The notes beneath the pieces were generated by a model. The model made no database searches. It had not been told where the DNA came from and saw only the letters and a program-made list of their open reading frames with translations. The position numbers and the translations under genes were made by a program. A DNA stretch of 64,000 bases. Origin: Leptolyngbyaceae cyanobacterium. Lineage in GTDB: Bacteria; Cyanobacteriota; Cyanobacteriia; Phormidesmidales; Phormidesmidaceae. This document shows, one piece after another, positions 11,750 through 21,442 of the stretch. The stretch's first letter is position 1. Each line of letters opens with the position of its first letter. The stretch covers positions 2,432,001 to 2,496,000 of the forward strand of contig CBDHHL010000032.1 of the NCBI GenBank assembly GCA_965263355.1, read 5' to 3'.

Positions 11750-14700
11750 ATGTCTGACTTAACCTTCCTATGGCGGACTTACTTATTAGAGTGTGGAGTC
11801 AGTATATCCTCTATCTCTCTACAAGTTCTACTAATACTTGTCTGTTGCCTGTTACCCCAGCGAGAGGGGTTAGCTCAAATTGTACCCGACGATACACTGC
11901 CTGATCCTTCAGTTGTTCCGGCTGGGGCTGAGACAGGGGCGTTAACCAATGTATTTATTGAAGGAGGCACCCAGAGCAACACCACTCTGTTCCATAGCTT
12001 CGAGCAATTTAATGTCAACCCAACTCAACAGGTTCAATTTATCACCCCTACAACTGTTGAAACCATCTTTTCTCGCATCACTGGAGGCATGTTATCCAAT
12101 ATCAATGGAAAGTTAGGTGTGAATAGTAGCGCTGATCTATTTTTATTGAACCCCAGTGGTGTGATTTTGGGACCTGACGCTGATTTAAATCTAAACGGAG
12201 CATTTGTTGTTTCCACAGCTGAACAGTTTATTTTTCCAGATGGCAGCAGCTTTAGCGCGGTTAACCCTGTAGACCCACCTTTACTTACCCTGAATATGCC
12301 AATCGGTCTACAGTTTGGCGCTAACCCACAACCCATTATCGTAGATGGAGCAAATCTTAAACTACAGCCAGACCAACCTCTGGCGCTACTGGGGGGAGAT
12401 ATCACCAGCAATGGAGGAGAATTTAAAGTAACAGGTGGGCGATTAGTACTGGGGGGACTCTCTAGCTCAGGACTTTTGACCCTGGATCTAAATGCAGTTG
12501 CACCTGGGGATATTTTGGCAATTCCAGCTACGGCTGAACGGGCCAACGTTACTGTGAGTGATACAAAAGCCTCAACGCAGTCTGAAGAAAATGGAGACAT
12601 TGTTATTTATGGGCAAGATCTTACGTTGAGTGCCAGTCAGTTAGAAGTGGGGATCAGGGACAATTTGAGTAGCCCTGAGAGTCAGGCAGGTAGCATCATT
12701 CTTGATGCCACAGGAGACATACACATCTCTCAGGGGTCTAGAGTGATCAATGAAGTTAGGGATAACACCCTCGGTGACGGTGGAGACATTACTATCCAGG
12801 CAAACAACCTAACTATAACCGACGGTAGTGATATTTCTACAGAAACTGCCAGTGGTGGCAGGGCAGGCAATATTTTAATTGATATCGAGAATCTAATTCT
12901 GGTGGAAGGGGGTGAGCAACAAGATTCCATAACCCTGATTTCATCTTCCTCCAGAAATGAGGAATCAGGGGCCACGGGTAATGTCACCCTCACGGCAAAA
13001 GAGATTATTTTAGACGGTTACATGCGGGTTGAAATCAACCATAATGGCTCTGAATCAGGCGGAGATATTACCCTTGAAAGTGAGTCGTTTCAATTGCTGG
13101 CAGGAGCCTCAGTCAACAGTGTTACCAATGGTACAGCGGCGGCAGGGGATGTTAATCTGCAGGCTAGCACCATTCTCCTGGATGATCGAGGCAGTTCTGG
13201 CGACGCGTCTGGTCCTGCAGGAATTGATTCCACCGTAGGGCCTGGTGGTGAGAATGCAACGGGGGGTACGGTTAACATTTCGACTGACAACTTAACCGTC
13301 ATTGGGGTACGCATTGGTGCCACCGTTCAGGGCGCGGGGCAAGGCGGTCAGGTGGTGATTAATGCCAGTGATACTGTCACCTTGACCACCGATGAAACCT
13401 CCGGCGTCAGCTCTATTGCCAGTGCCATCCGGGAAGGTGGATCGGGGATAGGTGGAGATATTACCATTGAGGCACGACGGTTGATTGTTGAAAATGGGTC
13501 AACAATTGACGCTGGTGTGGACGGATCGGGCACCAGCGGCACCATCACTCTGACCATCGAAGAGGATATTGTTTTGCAGGGGACACTGTCAGACGGGCAG
13601 CCTAGCAGTATTCTCACCCAGCTCAATCAGGATGTCACAGGAGTGGGATCTGACATTACCATCACAACGGCTGAACTGAGTCTGGCTGATGGTGGTCAGA
13701 TTTCGGCGGCAACGCGGGGGAATGGTCCAGGGGGCACCGTCACTATCCAGGCCAGTGAACGCATTAGCCTGACAGGCTCAAGTCCTCAAATTACGCTCTC
13801 TGGTGAGAATGAGGCAAACTTTGTTGCTAACAATGGTAATTTTTCCAGTGGTATTTTTGCGGACTCACCGGCAGATGGGGATGCTGGTGACATTGAAATT
13901 GTTACACCTGTGTTAGGGGTGCAAGATGGTGCTCGGATTTCTGTGAGTAGTAAAAATGCAGGGGCCTCTGGTAATATCGAGGTTACTGCTGATAATGTTG
14001 TCCTGGACGATGGCATTTTAAGTGCGGATGCGATCGCAGGTACCGACGCCAATATTACCCTCAATGTTCAAGAAACCTTAAAATTAAGCAACGGCAGTCA
14101 AATTTCCACCAATGCCCTGGGTAACGCTAGCGGTGGCAACATCTCCATTACCGCCCCCAATATTGTTTTACTCAAGGACCAATCCAGTATTTCTGCAGAA
14201 AATCCAGGGGGCACTGGCAATGGTGGCAACGTTAGCATCGAAACCAACTTTTTTGTCGCCGCCCAGGCAGGGTTAAACCGCATTACTGCCAATGCCAATC
14301 GAGGCAATGGTGGCAATATTAATATTGTCACTAACGCCCTTTTAGGAGCAGAATTTCAAGAGTTTTCCGCCTCCTCTCGATTTGGCGTAGACGGTGAAGT
14401 CGATATTGACTCTCCTAACCTTGACCCCGCCAGGGGGATCACCGAACTTCCCACTCAGCTGGTCGATGCTAGCAGTCAGATTGCCAATGCCTGTACCATC
14501 GATCAACAGAGTCAGGCTAAATTTATTGCCACGGGCCGAGGAGGATTATCCATCACCCCCACCAGCCAACCCACAGGCATCAAGCCGCTCCCCGACCTCG
14601 GTACCCTAGCCAGTGAGCAGACAGCCCCAACTCAAACATCCCTGCAAGAAGCCCAGTCATGGTCCCTGGCTACCAATGGCGATATTCTCTTAGTCACTGA

Positions 14701-17143
14701 GCCTGTCGGTTCTCGCAACAGTTCTCTCAATACCCTTTTACACACAGCAGTCCAGGCATATGAGCAAGCCAACTACAGTCAGGCCGCCAAACTATGGACT
14801 GCAACCATCCACAGCCTAGACCCAGGCAGTCACCCCCTAACCCAGGCCGCCATCCTGAGTAACCTGGCCCTGGCATCTGCCCAGCTCGGCAACTGGCAGC
14901 AGGCAGATGCCGCTATAGTAGCTAGTCAGCAGTTGCTCACCCCCGAAAACACCACTCCCCAGGTCCTGGCTCAAATTCTCAATACTCGCGCTAGCTTACA
15001 CCTGAGCCGAGGCCAAACTCAGAGCGCCATTGCCGACTGGCAACAAGCTGCAGTTGCCTACCAGCGAGCCGGGGACACCATCGGTTATTATCAAACCCAG
15101 CTAAATCAGGCCCACGCGCTGCAGTCCCTTGGGCTATATCGTCAGGCTCAACCCCTATTGGCAAACCTGGCCACTCAGCTGGCAGATCAGCCCCCTTCTC
15201 TGCTCAAAGCCACCACCCTACTCACCCTTGGCAACGGGCTACGCAACAGTGGCGAAACAGTCCAAGCACAAAACGCCCTAACGGCAGCCCTGGCCATTGC
15301 TAAAACCATTGACCAACCCTCCCTGACCAGCCAGATTTTACTGAACCTGGGGCACGCTACCCAAGCCGAGCAGGCCCTGAGCTACTATCAAAAGGCGTTA
15401 GCCATAGCCCCCACCGACCTTGACCAGTGGCAAGCATCCATTAGTCAATTACAACTACTGGCCACCTACGCCCCTGACGCGGCCCAACAACTATGGGCAG
15501 ACCTACAGTCAAACCTGCAACAAACAAATTTCCCCACCAATCGAGAAGCCCTCTATACCCAATTGCACCTGGCTCACATTTTGTTGCACCATGACCTGAT
15601 TACCAATTCTCCCCAGAGCTTTCTTACCCTCCTAAACCACACTCATCAACAGGCACTCTTTTTGCAAGATGCCGTTGCTCAGACCTATATCCTGGGCTAC
15701 CAGGGAGATTTTTACAGCAAACAGCAACAGTGGAACAAGGCTGAAGCATTGACCCAAAACGCCTTTCGTCAGGCCCACACACTGCAGACCCCAGAGGTAC
15801 TCTATCCACTAGCATTACAGCTGGCGCGGTTACAAACGTTTCAAGGCAAGCGTACCCAGGCCATTGCCGCTTATGGTGAAGCCATTAATGCCCTAGAAAT
15901 TCTTCGAAAAGATCTGATCGCTACAAGTGACGATGTCCAATTTACCTTTCGCGATGATGTCGAGCCGATATATCGCGAATTTGTCAAACTCTTACTCAAA
16001 AACGATAATGGTCGCTCTCCCAACAAAGATGACTTAAGACGGGCCAGAGCGTTGATCGAAAATTTACAAGTTGCAGAAATCAACGATTACTTTCAGGATG
16101 CTTGTATTCAAGGGACGTCAACCTTAGCTGATCAAATCGATCCAACAGCTGCGGTGATTTATCCAATTTTGCTAGATGACCGCCTCGATATCATCGTCAG
16201 CATTGGTGATGACATTCAGCATTACAGTCAATCCGTTTCTACCCAAGAACTTGAAAAAACAGCCCAACAATTGCTAGTAACGCTCAGGTCCCCCCATCGG
16301 GCCAGACGATCGTATACAATTCGAAGCCTACAACAGATTTATAACTGGATTCTTGCCCCCGTTGAAAGCTACTTAGCCCAACAAGGTGTAGAAAGTCTAG
16401 TGTTTGTTGCCGATGGTGTTTTACGCACATTACCCTTTAGCGCACTACACGACGGTGAACAATACCTGATCGAAACCTATAACGTTGTCTCGTCTCCTGG
16501 CCTAAGTCTATTAGATCCTAATCCTTTACCGCGCCAGGGGTTACAAATGCTAGTAGGTGGTGTTAGCGAAGCCCGATCTGGCTTTGCACCATTGCCCTTT
16601 GTCCGTGATGAACTGCAACAGGTAACGGCGCAAATTCCTAACCATCAGGTATTGTTCAATGAAGCTCTAACCACAACCAATTTGGTAGAAAATCTTACAA
16701 CAACGCCAGCCAGCGTGGTGCATCTTGCTACCCATGGAAAATTTGGGGCAACCGCTGACGATACCTTTATTCTCACCTGGGATGGAAAACTCACCATGGA
16801 AGAAATGAGTCAGGTATTGCGGGCGCGTCACCGTAGTGACCAATCACCTGTAGAGCTGTTGGTGTTTAGTGCCTGTGAAACTGCGTCGGGCAATAGTCGA
16901 GCAGTCTTAGGGATTGCTGGGACGGCGATTCGGTCTGGGGTGCGCAGTGCATTAGCGGGCCTATGGGCCATTGATGACCAGGCAGCCGCCACCTTTATGA
17001 ATGAATTTTATAAGGCCTTGGCTCAACCTGGTACGACTAAGGCAGAGGCGTTTCGTCAGGCTCAGTTAGCGATGCTAGAAGATCCACGGTTGGCATCACC
17101 TTATTATTGGAGTCCCTTTATCCTGGTGGGGAATTGGTTGTAA
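11750..17143 (+). CDS. Filamentous haemagglutinin-like (TPS domain) exoprotein fused to TPR and CHAT protease domains
   Basis: Signal peptide ending at AQIVPD; TPS motifs LFHSFEQFNV, IFSRITGG and LLNPSGV; Gly-rich GGNI/GGDI beta-helix repeats; FIATGRGGL and EAQSW; TPR region; CHAT motifs DGVLRTLPFSALHDG, HLATHG, SACET and PYYWSPFILVGNW. Confidence 0.9.
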   Translation: MSDLTFLWRTYLLECGVSISSISLQVLLILVCCLLPQREGLAQIVPDDTLPDPSVVPAGAETGALTNVFIEGGTQSNTTLFHSFEQFNVNPTQQVQFITPTTVETIFSRITGGMLSNINGKLGVNSSADLFLLNPSGVILGPDADLNLNGAFVVSTAEQFIFPDGSSFSAVNPVDPPLLTLNMPIGLQFGANPQPIIVDGANLKLQPDQPLALLGGDITSNGGEFKVTGGRLVLGGLSSSGLLTLDLNAVAPGDILAIPATAERANVTVSDTKASTQSEENGDIVIYGQDLTLSASQLEVGIRDNLSSPESQAGSIILDATGDIHISQGSRVINEVRDNTLGDGGDITIQANNLTITDGSDISTETASGGRAGNILIDIENLILVEGGEQQDSITLISSSSRNEESGATGNVTLTAKEIILDGYMRVEINHNGSESGGDITLESESFQLLAGASVNSVTNGTAAAGDVNLQASTILLDDRGSSGDASGPAGIDSTVGPGGENATGGTVNISTDNLTVIGVRIGATVQGAGQGGQVVINASDTVTLTTDETSGVSSIASAIREGGSGIGGDITIEARRLIVENGSTIDAGVDGSGTSGTITLTIEEDIVLQGTLSDGQPSSILTQLNQDVTGVGSDITITTAELSLADGGQISAATRGNGPGGTVTIQASERISLTGSSPQITLSGENEANFVANNGNFSSGIFADSPADGDAGDIEIVTPVLGVQDGARISVSSKNAGASGNIEVTADNVVLDDGILSADAIAGTDANITLNVQETLKLSNGSQISTNALGNASGGNISITAPNIVLLKDQSSISAENPGGTGNGGNVSIETNFFVAAQAGLNRITANANRGNGGNINIVTNALLGAEFQEFSASSRFGVDGEVDIDSPNLDPARGITELPTQLVDASSQIANACTIDQQSQAKFIATGRGGLSITPTSQPTGIKPLPDLGTLASEQTAPTQTSLQEAQSWSLATNGDILLVTEPVGSRNSSLNTLLHTAVQAYEQANYSQAAKLWTATIHSLDPGSHPLTQAAILSNLALASAQLGNWQQADAAIVASQQLLTPENTTPQVLAQILNTRASLHLSRGQTQSAIADWQQAAVAYQRAGDTIGYYQTQLNQAHALQSLGLYRQAQPLLANLATQLADQPPSLLKATTLLTLGNGLRNSGETVQAQNALTAALAIAKTIDQPSLTSQILLNLGHATQAEQALSYYQKALAIAPTDLDQWQASISQLQLLATYAPDAAQQLWADLQSNLQQTNFPTNREALYTQLHLAHILLHHDLITNSPQSFLTLLNHTHQQALFLQDAVAQTYILGYQGDFYSKQQQWNKAEALTQNAFRQAHTLQTPEVLYPLALQLARLQTFQGKRTQAIAAYGEAINALEILRKDLIATSDDVQFTFRDDVEPIYREFVKLLLKNDNGRSPNKDDLRRARALIENLQVAEINDYFQDACIQGTSTLADQIDPTAAVIYPILLDDRLDIIVSIGDDIQHYSQSVSTQELEKTAQQLLVTLRSPHRARRSYTIRSLQQIYNWILAPVESYLAQQGVESLVFVADGVLRTLPFSALHDGEQYLIETYNVVSSPGLSLLDPNPLPRQGLQMLVGGVSEARSGFAPLPFVRDELQQVTAQIPNHQVLFNEALTTTNLVENLTTTPASVVHLATHGKFGATADDTFILTWDGKLTMEEMSQVLRARHRSDQSPVELLVFSACETASGNSRAVLGIAGTAIRSGVRSALAGLWAIDDQAAATFMNEFYKALAQPGTTKAEAFRQAQLAMLEDPRLASPYYWSPFILVGNWL

Positions 17144-17209
17144 AGTTCAGCAGTAAGGCGTCTGCATGAAAATAATGTACTGTTTTAAAACATGTTTGAG
17201 ATCTGCTGT

Positions 17210-17328
17210 CCCCCTTATGAAGGGGGCCTTACAGAGGGTATCGACAGTTAGCGCTATCGGTCAAAACCCCTCCACCTACGGCACCTCCCCTAAGCCCTCT
17301 GGGCAGGCTTCGCCAACGTAAGGGGAGG
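17210..17328. repeat. REP-like palindromic dispersed repeat
   Basis: CCCCCTTATGAAGGGGG hairpin and CCTCCCCT...AGGGGAGG arms; core GTTAGCGCTATCGGTCAA matches the reverse complement of 60902-60919 at 15/18. Confidence 0.5.
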
Positions 17329-17452
17329 AAAGTTTGAAGCATAATTCCAAGCTGGTATTTTATTTAGCTGCTAGCCCCTAAGCCTTTTAGTCCTGGGTTT
17401 TACCCCCCCCCTGGGCAGGATAGAGCCACCTCGCCAGGTGCCAGGTATACCG

Positions 17453-17797
17453 TCAAACAACAGCAAAGTCTGTATGCTTTCGCATTGAAGGGTGATGAAA
17501 GGCTAAAACAATATCTTGTTTTGGGACACCTTTGTCCACCAACGCGTTAGCAATTCCTTCTTCTGTGCCATCATGTTGAATCCAAATTTTGCCGTCCTTA
17601 ATATCTAGATGTAAGACACATCCATAATTACGGTGACCATTAGACTTCCAGCCTACATGTACTAATTGGTAATGATCGCGTTCTGTATCGAAAATAATTT
17701 GTGTTTCAAAATCTTTGCGTTTAGATGAATGGACCGACCTTTGTCTCCGTTCGGATAGTAACTCTTGGATGTGGTTACGATACTCTTCTACTGCCAT
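17453..17797 (-). CDS. xisI: XisI family protein
   Basis: IFDTERDHYQLVHVGW, YGCVLHLDIKDGKIWIQHDGTEEGIA and GVPKQDIVLAFH. Confidence 0.93.
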   Translation of the reverse strand: MAVEEYRNHIQELLSERRQRSVHSSKRKDFETQIIFDTERDHYQLVHVGWKSNGHRNYGCVLHLDIKDGKIWIQHDGTEEGIANALVDKGVPKQDIVLAFHHPSMRKHTDFAVV

Positions 17798-18199
17798 AGA
17801 ACAATGGTCTCATCATCCAGGTTATAAACTAAAAGACGCAATTGACTGCGCCTAATCGCAGTTTGAATAAATTTTAGACTAAAAAAAGTCGCATAGGTTT
17901 TTTCTGGCACCGCCAGATATAGAACTCGCTCTGGATCGTCTTCCTCTAAAGCATATTTAATAGTCGATGAACTGTCCATGGGCCGTATGAAATTCGGAAA
18001 TGGGAGAGGTCCCGATAAAGCTTTTGATTTCAACAGCAATTCTGGTATCATCACGTTCTGCGCCGAGTAGTTGCTCTGCCCCTAAATCGATATACATTTC
18101 TACACCGCCTACAGCTAAGCTGTAGGGATCATGGGTAATAGTCCAGCCATCTTTTTGAAGTGCAGCTTTCACAGCATTGTGAAAGATATCTTTGCCCAT
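17788..18199 (-). pseudogene. xisH: XisH family protein, split by a +1 frameshift near 17958
   Basis: N-half KDIFHNAVKAALQKDGWTITHDP...IAVEIKSF...GQFIDY and C-half KYALEEDDPERVLYLAVP lie in different frames; the minus strand reads GAC TAT T AAA TAT (one extra base). Could be a sequencing error. Confidence 0.85.
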
Positions 18200-18602
18200 C
18201 AGGTTCATCCATCACTGTAGAGTCATTCTAGCCTAAGGCAATTTCAAGAACTAAGAGGCGGCACAGGCTCTGGTGGGCGGCAGAGCCGCTAAGGTGCTCT
18301 CAACCGTTTGCGATCGCAGACCCCGTCACATTTAAGTTCGAATGGTCTGTATAACCCATTAAATCGAGAGAAGCTGAGCTATATCAGACTACGTTGAATG
18401 CTAAATTTACTTCGAAGCTACAGATATCCCCAAGTTTGATCTTCCTCTTTTATTTGCAAGGGAAATGTTAAATTTTTTCGATTTTGAGCCATTTGAGTTA
18501 GACTCTTGCCGTATACGGTAATAGCTTCTGAATTCAAGTAATGGAATTCATCGAGCGCATGCCTAGTGAAATTGATTTCTAAGACACCCTATTTGTAATT
18601 CT

Positions 18603-19043
18603 ATGGACGCTTCGCAATCCCAACTCTTGCTCAAACGAGTTATCAATGTCAAAGCCGTTGTCACCCCCCTCTGGAAAGAAGAAGCCCAAAATCAGCTACA
18701 AAAGCAGATCAATGGTATTGACAGCCGTCTCCAGCAACTCGAAATGCAAGGTCAGCGCATGGTAACCGAGCTACAAAAGCAAGAAGCCAACGACGCTGTA
18801 CAGAAGCAGATGGCTGCTGTACAAAACAAAATCAACGAAGACAAAAATAAATTGCTTCAGCAAAAGAACCAGGTTCTACAGCAACTACAGCAAGTTCAAA
18901 CCCTGGAACTCAATAAAGAAGTCAGCCAAGGCCAGATCGACGGCTTCTTTAAGGTGTCCACTGGTGATAACCTTGTCAAAAAAATGCAGGTAGAAATTCT
19001 GCTACGCGATGGCGTTATCGAAGAAATTCGCGGCGAATTGTAA
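18603..19043 (+). CDS. YlqD-family coiled-coil protein
   Basis: LLLKRVINVKAVVTPLWKEE, Gln-rich coiled coil and GDNLVKKMQVEILLRDGVIEEIRG. Confidence 0.85.
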   Translation: MDASQSQLLLKRVINVKAVVTPLWKEEAQNQLQKQINGIDSRLQQLEMQGQRMVTELQKQEANDAVQKQMAAVQNKINEDKNKLLQQKNQVLQQLQQVQTLELNKEVSQGQIDGFFKVSTGDNLVKKMQVEILLRDGVIEEIRGEL

Positions 19044-19097
19044 GCTACACAACGCTCATCCTTCAAAAGCGGTCGCTGTACATAAGAATATTTAATG

Positions 19098-19133
19098 AAG
19101 CCAGCTGCAAACTTGTAGCTGGTCTTTTATTTT
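19098..19133 (+). terminator. Probable intrinsic terminator
   Basis: CCAGCTGCAA-AC-TTGTAGCTGG stem followed by TCTTTTATTTT, downstream of ylqD. Confidence 0.55.
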
Positions 19134-19238
19134 GCCGTCCATTTAATTTGATGACACAAAGTCTTTTAGAATAAGATGCTGGCGTGCCTCTACGGTTCGT
19201 TATCATAATTTGTTGTTCACCCGTCCCGGAATTTCCCA

Positions 19239-20519
19239 ATGATTCGCGAAGTGTTCATGCCCGCCCTTAGCTCAACTATGACTGAGGGAAAAATCGTTTC
19301 TTGGACAAAAGCCCCTGGTGACAAGGTAGAAAAGGGAGAAACCGTTGTCATTGTCGAGTCGGACAAGGCCGATATGGATGTCGAATCGTTCTATGAGGGG
19401 TACCTGGCTACCATCGTCGTAGCCGCTGGTGATGTGGCGACTGTGGGAAGTGCGATCGCACTACTCGCTGAAACCGAAGCCGAAATCGAAGCAGCCAAAC
19501 AACAAGGAGCCGCTGCTGCCCCTGCCGCTGCTGTCCCTGCCGCTGCTCCAACACCTGAGCCCGTTGCCGCTGCCGCCCCGGTTGCCACCTCACAAAATGG
19601 CAATAGTTCTGCTCCCAGCGGTCGTCTAATCGCCTCACCCCGCGCCAAAAAATTAGCCAAGCAATTTAAAATCGACCTCAAGACCTTAGCAGGATCTGGT
19701 CCCCACGGTCGCATCATTGCCCAGGATGTCGAAAAAGTAGCCGGTCAACCCTCTACACCGGTAGCTACAACCGTTGCCGCCCCTGCTGTGGCTACTGCCC
19801 CTGCCCCGGTGATTCCAGCTGCACCAACCGCACCGCCACCGGTCCCTGGTCAGGTAACCCCCTTCAACACCATGCAGCAGGCCGTCGTTCGCAATATGAA
19901 CGCCAGCCTGAGCGTGCCAGTTTTCCGCGTCAGCTATACCATTATCACCGATGCCTTAGATGCGCTTTATAAGCAAATCAAGCCTAAGGGGGTGACCATG
20001 ACGGGGCTGTTGGCTAAGGCCGTTGCCGTTACCTTAACGAAACACCCCGTTGTTAACGCCAGTTACACCGATGCTGGGATTCAGTACAATGGCGGTATCA
20101 ACATTGCGGTGGCGGTGGCTATGCCCGACGGTGGTTTGATTACCCCAGTACTACGGGGTGCTGACCAGATGGATATCTATTCCCTATCCCGCTCCTGGAA
20201 AGACCTAGTTGCCCGTTCTCGCAGTAAGCAACTCCAGCCAGAAGAATACACCACTGGTACCTTTACCCTGTCTAATTTGGGTATGTTTGGCGTTGAGAAT
20301 TTTGATGCTATTCTACCCCCCGGTACGGGCTCAATCTTGGCCATTGGTGGTGCTAAGCCCACTGTCATCGCTGATGCCAACGGTATGATCGGCGTCAAGA
20401 AGCAGATGACCGTTAACATTACCTGTGACCACCGCATTATCTACGGTGCTGACGGTGCAGCCTTCCTCAAAGATCTGGCTGACCTGATTGAAAACGATCC
20501 TCAGTCATTGACGCTATAG
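19239..20519 (+). CDS. pdhC: Pyruvate dehydrogenase E2, dihydrolipoamide acetyltransferase
   Basis: Lipoyl domain (MPALSSTMTEG, VESDKADM), E3-binding ASPRAKKLA...GSGPHGRI and catalytic DHRIIYGAD. Confidence 0.96.
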   Translation: MIREVFMPALSSTMTEGKIVSWTKAPGDKVEKGETVVIVESDKADMDVESFYEGYLATIVVAAGDVATVGSAIALLAETEAEIEAAKQQGAAAAPAAAVPAAAPTPEPVAAAAPVATSQNGNSSAPSGRLIASPRAKKLAKQFKIDLKTLAGSGPHGRIIAQDVEKVAGQPSTPVATTVAAPAVATAPAPVIPAAPTAPPPVPGQVTPFNTMQQAVVRNMNASLSVPVFRVSYTIITDALDALYKQIKPKGVTMTGLLAKAVAVTLTKHPVVNASYTDAGIQYNGGINIAVAVAMPDGGLITPVLRGADQMDIYSLSRSWKDLVARSRSKQLQPEEYTTGTFTLSNLGMFGVENFDAILPPGTGSILAIGGAKPTVIADANGMIGVKKQMTVNITCDHRIIYGADGAAFLKDLADLIENDPQSLTL

Positions 20520-20590
20520 GATTTTGACCCATCCTAGAGGGTAAAACTACTCACTGCTCTCATTGGTCTGACACATCTTGATCGGCGTTG

Positions 20591-20624
20591 AAGACACCGC
20601 ATTAAAATAATGCGGTGTCTTTTT
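20591..20624. terminator. Intrinsic terminator between convergent genes
   Basis: Perfect 14-bp stem AAGACACCGCATTA-AAA-TAATGCGGTGTCTT followed by a T-run. Confidence 0.8.
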
Positions 20625-20692
20625 GTAAAAGAGAACAGTGAGCAATACCACATCCAAATGAGTAAGCATTGTGAGGTTTCATGATTGGAGAA

Positions 20693-21352
20693 CTAAAACC
20701 GATAGTTGGATTCGTCAACCCACAGGCCGGCTAATACTGCATTCCCTTGACTATCCACCTTGATATCCACAACAAAAGCCTCTTGATTTTGCCACTGTGT
20801 ATTGCGAATATGCTTATTGATATCTGTTCTCTGGGCCTCTGGCATATAGTAACGTTCCAACCCGTAAGTTACCCGCCGACCAACGTATTGCCCTTTTAGC
20901 ACAATTTGATTGGTCTCTAGATCCTGAGGGCGTGTTTCACTGACGCGAATCGGTTGCCAGGGGGTAGGGGGTGAGGTCTCTGTTGTTGGAGTTTCTAAGA
21001 CAATATAAAAAGATTTGGGCTGATTGCTATATTCCGCAAAGATCTTGTCGCCGTTGGGAAGTGTTTTCAACGTCTCAAGTTGGGAAATGTCATAATTCAG
21101 AGTTTGGTAGTACCCTCTCAAAAAATCATAGGGATCTACAGGGGCGGTTTGGAGTGTAACGGATGTGCCTGTAACATAGGTATAGGCATCCTGGGCGGGG
21201 ACTGCCACAATCATTGCTGCCTGAATTAGTAATGGAGCCCACAATCGCCAACCGGGCAGTCTCCGATTAGGCAATGGTTCAATCGGTAACGGCTTACTAT
21301 CCGGCTTGGTAAGTGGTTTGATGCCAGGATTTTGAGATGAAGGAACTGTCAT
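20693..21352 (-). CDS. GDYXXLXY-domain membrane-anchored protein
   Basis: LQTAPVDPYDFLRGYYQTLNYDI and YGLERYYMPE; one TM helix; adjacent to DUF2157 as is usual. Confidence 0.85.
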   Translation of the reverse strand: MTVPSSQNPGIKPLTKPDSKPLPIEPLPNRRLPGWRLWAPLLIQAAMIVAVPAQDAYTYVTGTSVTLQTAPVDPYDFLRGYYQTLNYDISQLETLKTLPNGDKIFAEYSNQPKSFYIVLETPTTETSPPTPWQPIRVSETRPQDLETNQIVLKGQYVGRRVTYGLERYYMPEAQRTDINKHIRNTQWQNQEAFVVDIKVDSQGNAVLAGLWVDESNYRF

Positions 21353-21442
21353 CGTACGGTATCCAAAAAAGATTGTTTAATAGTGTTGAAGCAGTTTGTA
21401 CCTAAATAGGGTGATACCACTGTCTGGTGGGCATTGTCCCTT

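Noticed and set aside
12034..14331. Series of minus-strand ORFs inside the FHA-CHAT gene
   Set aside because: Antisense shadows of Gly/Thr/Ile-rich repeats with no recognisable motifs
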